Positions 26,801-52,200 are shown, numbered from the stretch's first letter. The stretch: 64,000 nt of DNA from Balanoglossus misakiensis (GCA_040954595.2 CM082591.2:6452595-6516594); one strand, 5' to 3'. Translations and numbers: made by a program. Notes: generated from the sequence alone by a model not told the origin.

Positions 26801-26823
26801 GTGATGAAGTTGGCTGCCCATAG
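17855..26823 (+). CDS. type II transmembrane protein: 4x uncharacterised ~138-aa Cys domain + C-type lectin + 5x LDL-receptor class A repeats, paralog C (~917 aa)
   Basis: Exons 17855-17890, 18664-18772 (KRRRK then [26 protein letters not shown]), 19481-19909, 20374-20784, 21039-21467, 21616-22029, CTL 22289-22438/23051-23192/23637-23707 (W.DAR..C, WL, GEPNN, MND), and LDLa 24154-24258, 24729-24839, 25579-25695, 26151-26258, 26702-26823 (C..W.CD...DC.D.SDE..C). They join in frame (2754 nt), all GT-AG, and the structure is mirrored in paralog D. Confidence 0.88.
20051..20283. mobile_element. TTAA-site MITE (Kolobok-like), intron 3 of gene C
   Basis: ttaa|agtgaaggggtcatcgcgccgcgt ... acgcggcgcgacgacctctccct|tgaa. 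The paralogous intron has the empty site gtc-ttaa-ctgtctgacc at ~31016. Confidence 0.8.
23755..23965. repeat. (ATTC)n microsatellite
   Basis: Directly visible in intron 9 of gene C. Confidence 0.97.
25737..25975. repeat. degenerate pentanucleotide repeats (GTGTC/GTGTA/TTGTA)n
   Basis: Directly visible. Confidence 0.93.
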
Positions 26824-28007
26824 GCAACTCGGTGAACGAACGTCACGTCATTTCAGAAATATACGGGAGAAAAATTAACCCCAGCCCGAAAAGCACACTC
26901 TCATTTTTGCTAGAATAGTGTCATGTCGACATTATAACCTTATATATATCTATGTAACATTATAAGTTTTAAGTATTATTATAACTACAATGAAGGAAAG
27001 TCGGTAATGGTTAAGGACGGTTTCAATCTCTGTTCGTGGGCTCAAACTGTCAAGAATTACACGGCCCAGCAAGACATCAAGGTCATTAAGCTAACGAAAA
27101 AATTTCGTTTACGCTCTGAAATTATATTAGAACTGAGAAGAAATGAAATATACATTGTAGCAAAGTTTAACTGTAATAAACTCGGTTCGGTTTGTATTAG
27201 TTTACGGAAGTAAGTTTATTAGTATGTTATTTAATATAACTGTGAATCGTTAAACATAAACATGTTAGACTTTCGTCTGATGACTAATTTCGATAGTTTT
27301 AGAACAGAGTGTGGACATATCTGAGTATATCTCTGGTGACTATGCATTTTGTACTAGATATGTTGGGTTTTTAAATTCTAATGTCGTGTTCAACCAAAAA
27401 ATCATTGTTTTGAACAAAGAAAATAATTCTAACCTCGAGGTCTATCGGCTTATATGACAATTCTATTGGGGGGGGGGGGCAGTCCAACTAAGATGAAAGA
27501 CGTGATCGCATACGTCTGTGCGTACTACTTAGAGAATTGCTTTCAATTTGTGAGGTTTTCATTTGACAGGTTTATAAGTATTTAGGCTAAGCAAGTTACA
27601 GTGTACAGAAAAGCATTTCAGGCCGCAAGCGCAATCTACGCAAAACACGAAATAATGGCGCGGCACAGTCAGTACAGTTTTGCCGACAAAAGAAAAAAAA
27701 ATGACGCCTTAGCAAGAAAGTGTTACCTGAGGATCGGCCGATAATTCACTGCTTATCCATTTGAATTCAACGGACGGCGGTGGGCAAAATCTTGCCTTAT
27801 CCGGGAGATTACGTACACAATGAAGTTGTGGGTAATTGTTCAGGCGACTTGCCACTAAAAGTCTCACGCGTTGCGGGTTCAGTCTGTAGAGCTCGTTCGC
27901 GAGACTTGCCGGCGTCACCCATGTCGGAGACGCTCCTCGAAAGTGAAGCACTGTGACAACAAGAAAGGGAACATCAAAACATAGCAGGGTTTATTTTTAC
28001 TTCAAAG

Positions 28008-38829
<10,822 letters not shown>

Positions 38830-39199
38830 GCGACTCGATGAACGAACGCCACCTCATTCATACATCGATGACCAAACAGCGTATCAAATGGCTTTGTCGT
38901 GTGCTTTTGGATTTGCAGGTTTGCTTAATATACCCTTGAAACATATCAATTTGTTCGGGCACTCCGCAGGCCCGATCTCTGAATTTCTGACGACGAGGAT
39001 CAATAATCCACTGACAGTCTCCCGAAGCAGGTCACGAAATGTCCACCCAAAGATTTATGCTCGTTTGTCCAGCTTACTAGATGTGGCGAGCTGGAAGCCA
39101 TACTGTTTGTCAGATCAAACCGTTGGTTTGGGCGAGCCAAATTAATAAATTTAGACCACAGTCGCGCGGGGGTAGTTACATACACAGCTACAGCGATTG

Positions 39200-39673
39200 T
39201 AGTCTCGGTTACCCAGACTCCTTCGCGCGGGCAGAGAAGAGAGTCTGGGGACACGGCAGCAAAACGACTGTGAAGCAAGATGGCGACTGCTGGAATTCCA
39301 CTCAGGCACTCCGCAGGCCCGATCTCAAATCTGATTGGCTAGTTCCCAATTTGACCCGGGTCACTAGCTAGCCTCAGCGGCGAAACACGTAATTTTAACA
39401 CATACATCTGTCGTGAGTGTAGGCAGAAAATTCAAAGATGGCAAAAGAACGTGTTTTCGTGTGAGCAGCTCAGAGAAAAGATCATTTGAGGATCTCAATC
39501 ACGCCGCTGAGGCTAGATAGTGACCCGGGTCAAATTGGGAACTAGCCAATCAGATCCTGAGTGGAATTCCAGCAGTCGCCATCTTGCTTTACAGTCGCTT
39601 TGCTGGCGTGTCCCCAGACTCTCTTCTCGCTTTGGCGATAGCCCGCGCGAAGGAGTCTGGGTAACCGAGACTA
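39200..39673. mobile_element. non-autonomous DNA transposon with long TIRs and 9-bp TSD
   Basis: cagcgattg|TAGTCTCGGTTACCCAGACTCCTTCGCGCGGGC ... GCCCGCGCGAAGGAGTCTGGGTAACCGAGACTA|cagcgattg; inverted arms extend ~180 bp. Confidence 0.9.
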
Positions 39674-39759
39674 CAGCGATTGCGGTCGCGACTGTGCTGC
39701 GCTCAACTCACCTGTCTTGAGAACTAAGCTGGTACACTCGAGCACTGCCCTCTATTTGT

Positions 39760-40272
39760 ACAAGTCCAAAGGGTATAGAATAAGATTGTTAATTGCCTGT
39801 AACAAATGCATTATTTCTGTCATTGGTAAACTTGATCATTCCGACTGTTGTTTTTTGTGACATTTTTACAGAGAAAATTATTTTCTCCTCACGTGTGTAT
39901 TTGTATCACTTGTTTTGGAATGATGTGATTGTTTGGTTGTGTACCATCACATACGAAATTAATCTTGGTCTGAAAGATTTACTTTTTGCAATAACAACTG
40001 ACAGCTCACATTTTATTGTTCTGCTGATCCTTTTGTTATTTTATGATGGAAAGTATCTTATTTACAAATGTATACCAGAAAGTAAGTTTCTCAGTTTTTC
40101 GTATTGATTTGAAGACTTCTTTGGAAAAGAACAAACAAAATCAAGTAAGAAAAGGAAAATTTCAAAATTTCGTAAGTGCCATTTATTGCTGTTTTCTGTG
40201 TTTCTTTTGTGTTAATTGTGTTTGATTGTTTGTATTTTTGCTTCTGTTTATGCAATAAAAAGTTTGTAAAAA
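39760..40272 (+). mobile_element. decayed 3' end of an L1/Tx1-like non-LTR retrotransposon
   Basis: Remnant ORF ...PVTN...FC...FW..V..WL...L.LKDLLF...GKYLIYKC...F and, in another frame, ...LEK...KF resembles the zf-RVT/C-terminal end of L1/Tx1 ORF2. It is followed by a T-rich 3' UTR, AATAAA (~40254) and an A-run. Confidence 0.6.
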
Positions 40273-43200
40273 GTCGAAGAATCGTCGATTCTGGATGATT
40301 TTCATGGGCTATAACCCATGATTTTTATCAAAAAATGACCGAATTTTCATAATTCGCAAAGTCGAAAAATCGTCGATTCTGGATGATTTTCGTCGGCTAT
40401 AACCCATGACCAAATTTTCATAATTCGCAAAGTCGAAAAATCGTCGATTCTGGATGATTTTCATGGGCTATAACCCATGGTTTTTATCAAAAAATGACCA
40501 AATTTTCATAATTCGCAAAGTCGAAAAATCGTCGATTCTGGATGATTTTCATGGGCTATAACCCATGGTTTTTATCAAAAAATGACCAAATTTTCATAAT
40601 TCGCAAAGTCGAAAAATCGTCGATTCTTGATGATTTTCATGGGCTATAACCCATGGTTTTTATCAAAAAATGACCAAATTTTCATAATTCGCAAAGTCGA
40701 AAAATCGTCGATTCTGGATGATTTTCATGGGCTATAACCCATGGTTTTTATCAAAAAATGACAAATTTTTCATAATTCGCAAAGTCGAAAAATCGTCGAT
40801 TCTGGATGATTTTCATGGGCTATAACCCATGGTTTTTATCAAAAAATGACCAAATTTTCATAATTCGCAAAGTCGAAAAATCGTCGATTCTGGGTGATTT
40901 TCATGGGCTATAACCCATGGTTTTTATCAAAAAATGACCAAATTTTCATAATTCGCAAAGTCGAAAAATCGTCGATTCTGGGTGATTTTCATGGGCTATA
41001 ACCCATGGTTTTTATCAAAAAATGACCAAATTTTCATAATTTGCAAAGTCGAAAAATCCTCGATTCTGGATGATTTTCATGGGCTATAACCCATGGTTTT
41101 TATCAAAAAATGACCAAATTTTCATAATTCGCAAAGTCGAAAAATCGTCGATTCCGGATGATTTTCATGGGCTATAACCCATGGTTTTTATCAAAAAATG
41201 ACCAAATTTTCATAATTCGCAAAGTCGAAAAATCGTCGATTCTGGATGATTTTCATGGGCTATAACCCATGGTTTTTATCAAAAAATGACCAAATTTTCA
41301 TAATTCGCAAAGTCGAAAAATCGTCGATGCTGGATGATTTTCATGGGCTATAACCCATGGTTTTTATCAAAAAATGACCAAATTTTCATAATTCGCAAAG
41401 TCGAAAAATCGTCGATTCTGGATGATTTTCATGGGCTATAACCCATGGTTTTTATCAAAAAATGACCAAATTTTCATAATTCGCAAAGTCGAAAAATCGT
41501 CGATTCTGGATGATTTTCATGGGCTATAACCCATGGTTTTTATCAAAAAATACCAAATTTTCATAATTCGCAAAGTCGAAAAATCGTCGATTCTGGATGA
41601 TTTTCATGGGCTATAACCCATGGTTTTTATCAAAAAATGACCAAATTTTCATAATTCGCAAAGTCGAAAAATCGTCGATTCTGGATGATTTTCATGGGCT
41701 ATAACCCATGGTTTTTATCAAAAAATACCAAATTTTCATAATTCGCAAAGTCGAAAAATCGTCGATTCTGGATGATTTTCATGGGCTATAACCCATGGTT
41801 TTTATCAAAAAATGACCAAATTTTCATAATTCGCAAAGTCGAAAAATCGTCGATTCTGGGTGATTTTCATGGGCTATAACCCATGGTTTTTATCAAAAAA
41901 TGACCAAATTTTCATAATTCGCAAAGTCGAAAAATCGTCGATTCTGGGTGATTTTCATGGGCTATAACCCATGGTTTTTATCAAAAAATGACCAAATTTT
42001 CATAATTCGCAAAGTCGAAAAATCGTCGATTCTGGATTATTTTCATGGGCTATAACCCATGGTTTTTATCAAAAAATGACCAAATTTTCATAATTCGCAA
42101 AGTCGAAAAATCGTCGATTCTGGGTGATTTTCATGGGCTATAACCCATGGTTTTTATCAAAAAATGACCAAATTTTCATAATTCGCAAAGTCGAAAAATC
42201 GTCGATTCTGGGTGATTTTCATGGGCTATAACCCATGGTTTTTATCAAAAAATGACCAAATTTTCATAATTTGCAAAGTCGAAAAATCCTCGATTCTGGA
42301 TGATTTTCATGGGCTATAACCCATGGTTTTTATCAAAAAATGACCAAATTTTCATAATTCGCAAAGTCGAAAAATCGTCGATTCTGGATGATTTTCATGG
42401 GCTATAACCCATGGTTTTTATCAAAAAATGACCAAATTTTCATAATTCGCAAAGTCGAAAAATCGTCGATTCTGGATGATTTTCATGGGCTATAACCCAT
42501 GGTTTTTATCAAAAAATGACCAAATTTTCATAATTCGCAAAGTCGAAAAATCGTCGATGCTGGATGATTTTCATGGGCTATAACCCATGGTTTTTATCAA
42601 AAAATGACCAAATTTTCATAATTCGCAAAGTCGAAAAATCGTCGATTCTGGATGATTTTCATGGGCTATAACCCATGGTTTTTATCAAAAAATGACCAAA
42701 TTTTCATAATTCGCGAAGTCGAAAAATCGTCGATTCTGGATGATTTTCATGGGCTATAACCCATGGTTTTTATCAAAAAATACCAAATTTTCATAATTCG
42801 CAAAGTCGAAAAATCGTCGATTCTGGATGATTTTCATGGGCTATAACCCATGGTTTTTATCAAAAAATGACCAAATTTTCATAATTCGCAAAGTCGAAAA
42901 ATCGTCGATTCTGGGTGATTTTCATGGGCTATAACCCATGGTTTTTATCAAAAAATGACCAAATTTTCATAATTCGCAAAGCCGAAAAATCGTCGATTCT
43001 GGATGATTTTCATGGGCTATAACCCATGGTTTTTATCAAAAAATGACCAAATTTTCATAATTCGCAAAGTCGAAAAATCGTCGATTCTGGATGATTTTCA
43101 TGGGCTATAACCCATGGTTTTTATCAAAAAATGACCAAATTTTCATAATTCGCAAAGTCGAAAAATCGTCGATTCTGGATGATTTTCATGGGCTATAACC

Positions 43201-46200
43201 CATGGTTTTTATCAAAAAATGACCAAATTTTCATAATTCGCAAAGTCGAAAAATCGTCGATTCTTGATGATTTTCATGGGCTATAACCCATGGTTTTTAT
43301 CAAAAAATGACCAAATTTTCATAATTCGCAAAGTCGAAAAATCGTCGATTCTGGATGATTTTCATGGGCTATAACCCATGGTTTTTATCAAAAAATGACA
43401 AATTTTTCATAATTCGCAAAGTCGAAAAATCGTCGATTCTGGATGATTTTCATGGGCTATAACCCATGGTTTTTATCAAAAAATGACCAAATTTTCATAA
43501 TTCGCAAAGTCGAAAAATCGTCGATTCTGGGTGATTTTCATGGGCTATAACCCATGGTTTTTATCAAAAAATGACCAAATTTTCATAATTCGCAAAGTCG
43601 AAAAATCGTCGATTCTGGGTGATTTTCATGGGCTATAACCCATGGTTTTTATCAAAAAATGACCAAATTTTCATAATTTGCAAAGTCGAAAAATCCTCGA
43701 TTCTGGATGATTTTCATGGGCTATAACCCATGGTTTTTATCAAAAAATGACCAAACTTTCATAATTCGCAAAGTCGAAAAATCGTCGATTCTGGATGATT
43801 TTCATGGGCTATAACCCATGGTTTTTATCAAAAAATGACCAAATTTTCATAATTCGCAAAGTCGAAAAATCGTCGATTCTGGATGATTTTCATGGGCTAT
43901 AACCCATGGTTTTTATCAAAAAATGACCAAATTTTCATAATTCGCAAAGTCGAAAAATCGTCGATGCTGGATGATTTTCATGGGCTATAACCCATGGTTT
44001 TTATCAAAAAATGACCAAATTTTCATAATTCGCAAAGTCGAAAAATCGTCGATTCTGGATGATTTTCATGGGCTATAACCCATGGTTTTTATCAAAAAAT
44101 GACCAAATTTTCATAATTCGCAAAGTCGAAAAATCGTCGATTCTGGATGATTTTCATGGGCTATAACCCATGGTTTTTATCAAAAAATACCAAATTTTCA
44201 TAATTCGCAAAGTCGAAAAATCGTCGATTCTGGATGATTTTCATGGGCTATAACCCATGGTTTTTATCAAAAAATGACCAAATTTTCATAATTCGCAAAG
44301 TCGAAAAATCGTCGATTCTGGGTGATTTTCATGGGCTATAACCCATGGTTTTTATCAAAAAATGACCAAATTTTCATAATTCGCAAAGTCGAAAAATCGT
44401 CGATTCTGGGTGATTTTCATGGGCTATAACCCATGGTTTTTATCAAAAAATGACCAAATTTTCATAATTCGCAAAGTCGAAAAATCGTCGATTCTGGATT
44501 ATTTTCATGGGCTATAACCCATGGTTTTTATCAAAAAATGACCAAATTTTCATAATTCGCAAAGTCGAAAAATCGTCGATTCTGGGTGATTTTCATTGGC
44601 TATAACCCATGGTTTTTATCAAAAAATGACCAAATTTTCATAATTCGCAAAGTTGAAAAATCGTCAATTCTGGGTGATTTTCATGGGCTATAACCCATGG
44701 TTTTTATCAAAAAATGACCAAATTTTCATAATTCGCAAAGTCGAAAAATCGTCGATTCTGGATGATTTTCATGGGCTACAACCCTTGGTTTTTATCAAAA
44801 AATGACCAAATTTTCATAATTCGCAAAGTCGAAAAATCGTCGATTCTGGGTGATTTTCATGGGCTACAACCCATGGTTTTTATCAAAAAATGACAAAATT
44901 TTCGTAATTCGCAAAGTCGAAAAATCGTCGATTCTGGATGATTTTCATGGGCTATAACCCATGGTTTTTATCAAAAAATGACCAAATTTTCGTAATTCGC
45001 AAAGTCGAAAAATCGTCGATTCTGGGTGATTTTCATGGGCTATAACCCATGGTTTTTATCAAAAAATGACCAAATTTTCGTAATTCGCAAAGTCGAAAAA
45101 TCGTCGATTCTGGGTGATTTTCATGGGCTATAACCCATGGTTTTTATCAAAAAATGACCAAATTTTCATAATTCGCAAAGCCGAAAAATCGTCGATTCTG
45201 GATGATTTTCATGGGCTATAACCCATGGTTTTTATCAAAAAATGACCAAATTTTCATAACTCGCAAAGTCGAAAAATCGTCGATTCTGGGTGATTTTCAT
45301 GGGCTATAACCCATGGTTTTTATCAAAAAATGACCAAATTTTCATAATTCGCACAGTCGAAAAATCCTCGATTCTGGGTGATTTTCATGGGCTATAACCC
45401 ATGGTTTTTATCAAAAAATGACCAAATTTTCATAATTCGCAAAGTCGAAAAATCGTCGATTCTGGGTGATTTTCATGGGCTATAACCCATGGTTTTTATC
45501 AAAAAATGACCAAATTTTCGTAATTCGCAAAGTCGAAAAATCGTCGATTCTGGGTGATTTTCATGGGCTATAACCCATGGTTTTTATCAAAAAATGACCA
45601 AATTTTCATAATTCGCAAAGCCGAAAAATCGTCGATTCTGGATGATTTTCATGGGCTATAACCCATGGTTTTTATCAAAAAATGACCAAATTTTCATAAT
45701 TCGCAAAGTCGAAAAATCGTCGATTCTGGGTGATTTTCATGGGCTATAACCCATGGTTTTTATCAAAAAATGACCAAATTTTCATAATTCGCACAGTCGA
45801 AAAATCCTCGATTCTGGGTGATTTTCATGGGCTATAACCCATGGTTTTTATCAAAAAATGACCAAATTTTCATAATTCGCAAAGTCGAAAAATCGTCGAT
45901 TCTGGGTGATTTTCATGGGCTATAACCCATGGTTTTTATCAAAAAATGACCAAATTTTCATAATTCGCAAAGTCGAAAAATCGTCGATTCTGGGTGATTT
46001 TCATGGGCTATTATAACCCATGGTTTTTATCAAAAAATGACCAAATTTTCATAATTCGCAAAGTCGAAAAATCGTCGATTCTGGATGATTTTCATGGACT
46101 ATAACCCATGGTTTTTATCAAAAAATGACCAAATTTTCATAATTCGCAAAGTCGAAAAATTGTCGATTCTGGATGATTTTCATGGGCTATAACCCATGGT

Positions 46201-49200
46201 TTTTATCAAAAAATGACCAAATTTTCATAATTCGCAAAGTCGAAAAATCGTCGATTCTGGATGATTTTCATGGGCTATAACCCATGGTTTTTATCAAAAA
46301 ATGACCAAATTTTCATAATTCGCAAAGTCGAAAAATCGTCGATTCTGGATGATTTTCATGGGCTATAACCCATGGTTTTTATCAAAAAATGACCAAATTT
46401 TCATAATTCGCAAAGTCGAAAAATCCTCGATTCTGGATGATTTTCATGGGCTATAACCCATGGTTTTTATCAAAAAATGACCAAATTTTCATAATTCGCA
46501 AAGTCGAAAAATCCTCGATTCTGGATGATTTTCATGGGCTATAACCCATGGTTTTTATCAAAAAATGACCAAATTTTCATAATTTGCAAAGTCGAAAAAT
46601 CCTCGATTCTGGATGATTTTCATGGGCTATAACCCAGGGTTTTTATCAAAAAATGACCAAATTTTCATAATTCGCAAAGTCGAAAAATCCTCGATTCTGG
46701 ATGATTTTCATGGGCTATAACCCAGGGTTTTTATCAAAAAATGACCAAATTTTCATAATTTGCAAAGTCGAAAAATCCTCGATTCTGGATGATTTTCATG
46801 GGCTATAACCCAGGGTTTTTATCAAAAAATGACCAAATTTTCATAATTCGCAAAGTCGAAAAATCCTCGATTCTGGATGATTTTCATGGGCTATAACCCA
46901 GGGTTTTTATCAAAAAATGACCAAATTTTCATAATTCGCAAAGTCGAAAAATCCTCGATTCTGGATGATTTTCATGGGCTATAACCCATGGTTTTTATCA
47001 AAAAATTACCAAATTTTCATAATTCGCAAAGTCGAAAAATCGTCGATTCTGGATGATTTTCATGGGCTATAACCCATGGTTTTTATCAAAAAATGACCAA
47101 ATTTTCGTAATTCGCAAAGTCGAAAAATCGTCGATTCTGGGTGATTTTCATGGGCTATAACCCATGGTTTTTATCAAAAAATGACCAAATTTTCGTAATT
47201 CGCAAAGTCAAAAAATCGTCGATTCTGGGTGATTTTCATGGGCTATAACCCATGGTTTTTATCAAAAAATGACCAAATTTTCATAATTCGCAAAGCCGAA
47301 AAATCGTCGATTCTGGATGATTTTCATGGGCTATAACCCATGGTTTTTATCAAAAAATGACCAAATTTTCATAACTCGCAAAGTCGAAAAATCGTCGATT
47401 CTGGGTGATTTTCATGGGCTATAACCCATGGTTTTTATCAAAAAATGACCAAATTTTCATAATTCGCACAGTCGAAAAATCCTCGATTCTGGGTGATTTT
47501 CATGGGCTATAACCCATGGTTTTTATCAAAAAATGACCAAATTTTCATAATTCGCAAAGTCGAAAAATCGTCGATTCTGGGTGATTTTCATGGGCTATAA
47601 CCCATGGTTTTTATCAAAAAATGACCAAATTTTCATAATTCGCAAAGTCGAAAAATCGTCGATTCTGGATGATTTTCATGGACTATAACCCATGGTTTTT
47701 ATCAAAAAATGACCAAATTTTCATAATTCGCAAAGTCGAAAAATTGTCGATTCTGGATGATTTTCATGGGCTATAACCCATGGTTTTTATCAAAAAATGA
47801 CCAAATTTTCATAATTCGCAAAGTCGAAAAATCGTCGATTCTGGATGATTTTCATGGGCTATAACCCATGGTTTTTATCAAAAAATGACCAAATTTTCAT
47901 AATTCGCAAAGTCGAAAAATCGTCGATTCTGGATGATTTTCATGGGCTATAACCCATGGTTTTTATCAAAAAATGACCAAATTTTCATAATTCGCAAAGT
48001 CGAAAAATCCTCGATTCTGGATGATTTTCATGGGCTATAACCCATGGTTTTTATCAAAAAATGACCAAATTTTCATAATTCGCAAAGTCGAAAAATCCTC
48101 GATTCTGGATGATTTTCATGGGCTATAACCCATGGTTTTTATCAAAAAATGACCAAATTTTCATAATTTGCAAAGTCGAAAAATCCTCGATTCTGGATGA
48201 TTTTCATGGGCTATAACCCAGGGTTTTTATCAAAAAATGACCAAATTTTCATAATTCGCAAAGTCGAAAAATCGTCGATTCTGGATGATTTTCATGGGCT
48301 ATAACCCAGGGTTTTTATCAAAAAATGACCAAATTTTCATAATTTGCAAAGTCGAAAAATCCTCGATTCTGGATGATTTTCATGGGCTATAACCCAGGGT
48401 TTTTATCAAAAAATGACCAAATTTTCATAATTCGCAAAGTCGAAAAATCCTCGATTCTGGATGATTTTCATGGGCTATAACCCAGGGTTTTTATCAAAAA
48501 ATGACCAAATTTTCATAATTCGCAAAGTCGAAAAATCCTCGATTCTGGATGATTTTCATGGGCTATAACCCATGGTTTTTATCAAAAAATTACCAAATTT
48601 TCATAATTCGCAAAGTCGAAAAATCCTCGATTCTGGATGATTTTCATGGGCTATAACCCAGGGTTTTTATCAAAAAATGACCAAATTTTGATAATTCGCA
48701 AAATCGAAAAATCCTCGATTCTGGGTGATTTTCATGGGCTATAACCCATGGTTTTTATCAAAAAATGACCAAATTTTCATAATTCGCAAAGTCGAAAAAT
48801 CGTCGATTCTGGGTGATTTTCATGGGCTATAACCCATGGTTTTTATCAAAAAATGACCAAATTTTCATAATTCGCAAAGTCGAAAAATCCTCGATTCTGG
48901 ATGATTTTTATGGGCTATAACCCAGGGTTTTTATCAAAAAATGACCAAATTTTCATAATTCGCAAAGTCGAAAAATCCTCGATTCTGGATGATTTTCATG
49001 GGCTATAACCCATGGTTTTTATCAAAAAATGACCAAATTTTCATAATTCGCAAAGTCGAAAAATCCTCGATTCTGGATGATTTTCATGGGCTATAACCCA
49101 TGGTTTTCATCAAAAAATGACCAAATTTTCATAATTCGCAAAGTCGAAAATTCCTCGATTCTGGATGATTTTCATGGGCTATAACCCATGGTTTTTATCA

Positions 49201-52200
49201 AAAAATGACCAAATTTTCATAATTCGCAAAGTCGAAAAATCCTCGATTCTGGATGATTTTCATGGGCTATAACCCATGGTTTTTATCAAAAAATGACCAA
49301 ATTTTCATAATTCGCAAAGTCGAAAAATCCTCGATTCTGGATGATTTTCATGGGCTATAACCCATGGTTTTTATCAAAAAATGACCAAATTTTCATAATT
49401 CGCAAAGTCGAAAAATCCTCGATTCTGGATGATTTTCATGGGCTATAACCCATGGTTTTTATCAAAAAATGACCAAATTTTCATAATTCGCAAAGTCGAA
49501 AAATCCTCGATTCTGGGTGATTTTCATGGGCTATAACCCATGGTTTTTATCAAAAAATGACCAAATTTTCATAATTCGCAAAGTCGAAAAATCGTCGATT
49601 CTGGGTGATTTTCATGGGCTATAACCCATGGTTTTTATCAAAAAATGACCAAATTTTCATAATTTGCAAAGTCGAAAAATCCTCGATTCTGGATGATTTC
49701 ATGGGCTATAACCCATGGTTTTTATCAAAAAATGACCAAATTTTCATAATTCGCAAAGTCGAAAAATCCTCGATTCTGGATGATTTTCATGGGCTATAAC
49801 CCATGGTTTTTATCAAAAAATGACCAAATTTTCATAATTCGCAAAGTCGAAAAATCGTCGATTCTGGATGATTTTCATGGGCTATAACCCATGGTTTTTA
49901 TCAAAAAATGACCAAATTTTCATAATTCGCAAAGTCGAAAAATCCTCGATTCTGGATGATTTTCATGGGCTATAACCCATGGTTTTTATCAAAAAATGAC
50001 CAAATTTTCATAATTCGCAAAGTCGAAAAATCGTCGATTCTGGATGATTTTCATGGGCTATAACCCATGGTTTTCATCAAAAAATGACCAAATTTTCATA
50101 ATTCGCAAAGTCGAAAAATCCTCGATTCTGGATGATTTTCATGGGCTATAACCCATGGTTTTCATCAAAAAATGACCAAATTTTCATAATTCGCAAAGTC
50201 GAAAAATCCTCGATTCTGGATGATTTTCATGGGCTATAACCATGGTTTTTATCAAAAAATGACCAAATTTTCATAATTCGCAAAGTCGAAAAATCCTCGA
50301 TTCTGGATGATTTTCATGGGCTATAACCCATGGTTTTTATCAAAAAATGACCAAATTTTCATAATTCGCAAAGTCGAAAAATCGTCGATTCTGGATGATT
50401 TTCATGGGCTATAACCCATGGTTTTCATCAAAAAATGACCAAATTTTCATAATTCGCAAAGTCGAAAAATCCTCGATTCTGGATGATTTTCATGGGCTAT
50501 AACCCATGGTTTTCATCAAAAATTGACCAAATTTTCATAATTCGCAAAGTCGAAAAAATCCTCGATTCTGGATGATTTTCATGGGCTATAACCCATGGTT
50601 TTTATCAAAAAATGACCAAATTTTCATAATTCGCAAAGTCGAAAAATCGTCGATTCTGGATGATTTTCATGGGCTATAACCCATGGTTTTTATCAAAAAA
50701 TGACCAAATTTTCATAATTCGCAAAGTCGAAAAATCCTCGATTCTGGATGATTTTCATGGGCTATAACCCAGGGTTTTTATCAAAAAATGACCAAATTTT
50801 CATAATTCGCAAAGTCGAAAAATCCTCGATTCTGGATGATTTTCATGGGCTATAACCCATGGTTTTTATCAAAAAATTACCAAATTTTCATAATTCGCAA
50901 AGTCGAAAAATCCTGGATTCTGGATGATTTTCATGGGCTATAACCCAGGGTTTTTATCAAAAAATGACCAAATTTTCATAATTCGCAAAATCGAAAAATC
51001 CTCGATTCTGGGTGATTTTCATGGGCTATAACCCATGGTTTTTATCAAAAAATGACCAAATTTTCATAATTCGCAAAGTCGAAAAATCGTCGATTCTGGG
51101 TGATTTTCATGGGCTATAACCCATGGTTTTTATCAAAAAATGACCAAATTTTCATAATTTGCAAAGTCGAAAAATCCTCGATTCTGGATGATTTTCATGG
51201 CTATAACCCATGGTTTTTATCAAAAAATGACCAAATTTTCATAATTCGCAAAGTCGAAAAATCCTCGATTCTGGATGATTTTCATGGGCTATAACCCATG
51301 GTTTTTATCAAAAAATGACCAAATTTTCATAATTCGCAAAGTCGAAAAATCCTCGATTCTGGATGATTTTCATGGGCTATAACCCATGGTTTTTATCAAA
51401 AATGACCAAATTTTCATAATTCGCAAAGTCGAAAAATCCTCGATTCTGGATGATTTTCATGGGCTATAACCCATGGTTTTTATCAAAAATGACCAAATTT
51501 TCATAATTCGCAAAGTCGAAAAATCGTCGATTCTGGATGATTTTCATGGGCTATAACCCATGGTTTTCATCAAAAAATGACCAAATTTTCATAATTCGCA
51601 AAGTCGAAAAATCCTCGATTCTGGATGATTTTCATGGGCTATAACCCATGGTTTTCATCAAAAAATGACCAAATTTTCATAATTCGCAAAGTCGAAAAAT
51701 CCTCGATTCTGGATGATTTTCATGGGCTATAACCCATGGTTTTTATCAAAAAATGACCAAATTTTCATAATTCGCAAAGTCGAAAAAATCCTCGATTCTG
51801 GATGATTTTCATGGGCTATAACCCATGGTTTTTATCAAAAAATGACCAAATTTTCATAATTCGCAAAGTCGAAAAATCGTCGATTCTGGATGATTTTCAT
51901 GGGCTATAACCCATGGTTTTCATCAAAAAATGACCAAATTTTCATAATTCGCAAAGTCGAAAAATCCTCGATTCTGGATGATTTTCATGGGCTATAACCC
52001 ATGGTTTTCATCAAAAAATGACCAAATTTTCATAATTCGCAAAGTCGAAAAATCCTCGATTCTGGATGATTTTCATGGGCTATAACCCATGGTTTTTATC
52101 AAAAAATGACCAAATTTTCATAATTCGCAAAGTCGAAAAATCGTCGATTCTGGATGATTTTCATGGGCTATAACCCATGGTTTTTATCAAAAAATGACCA

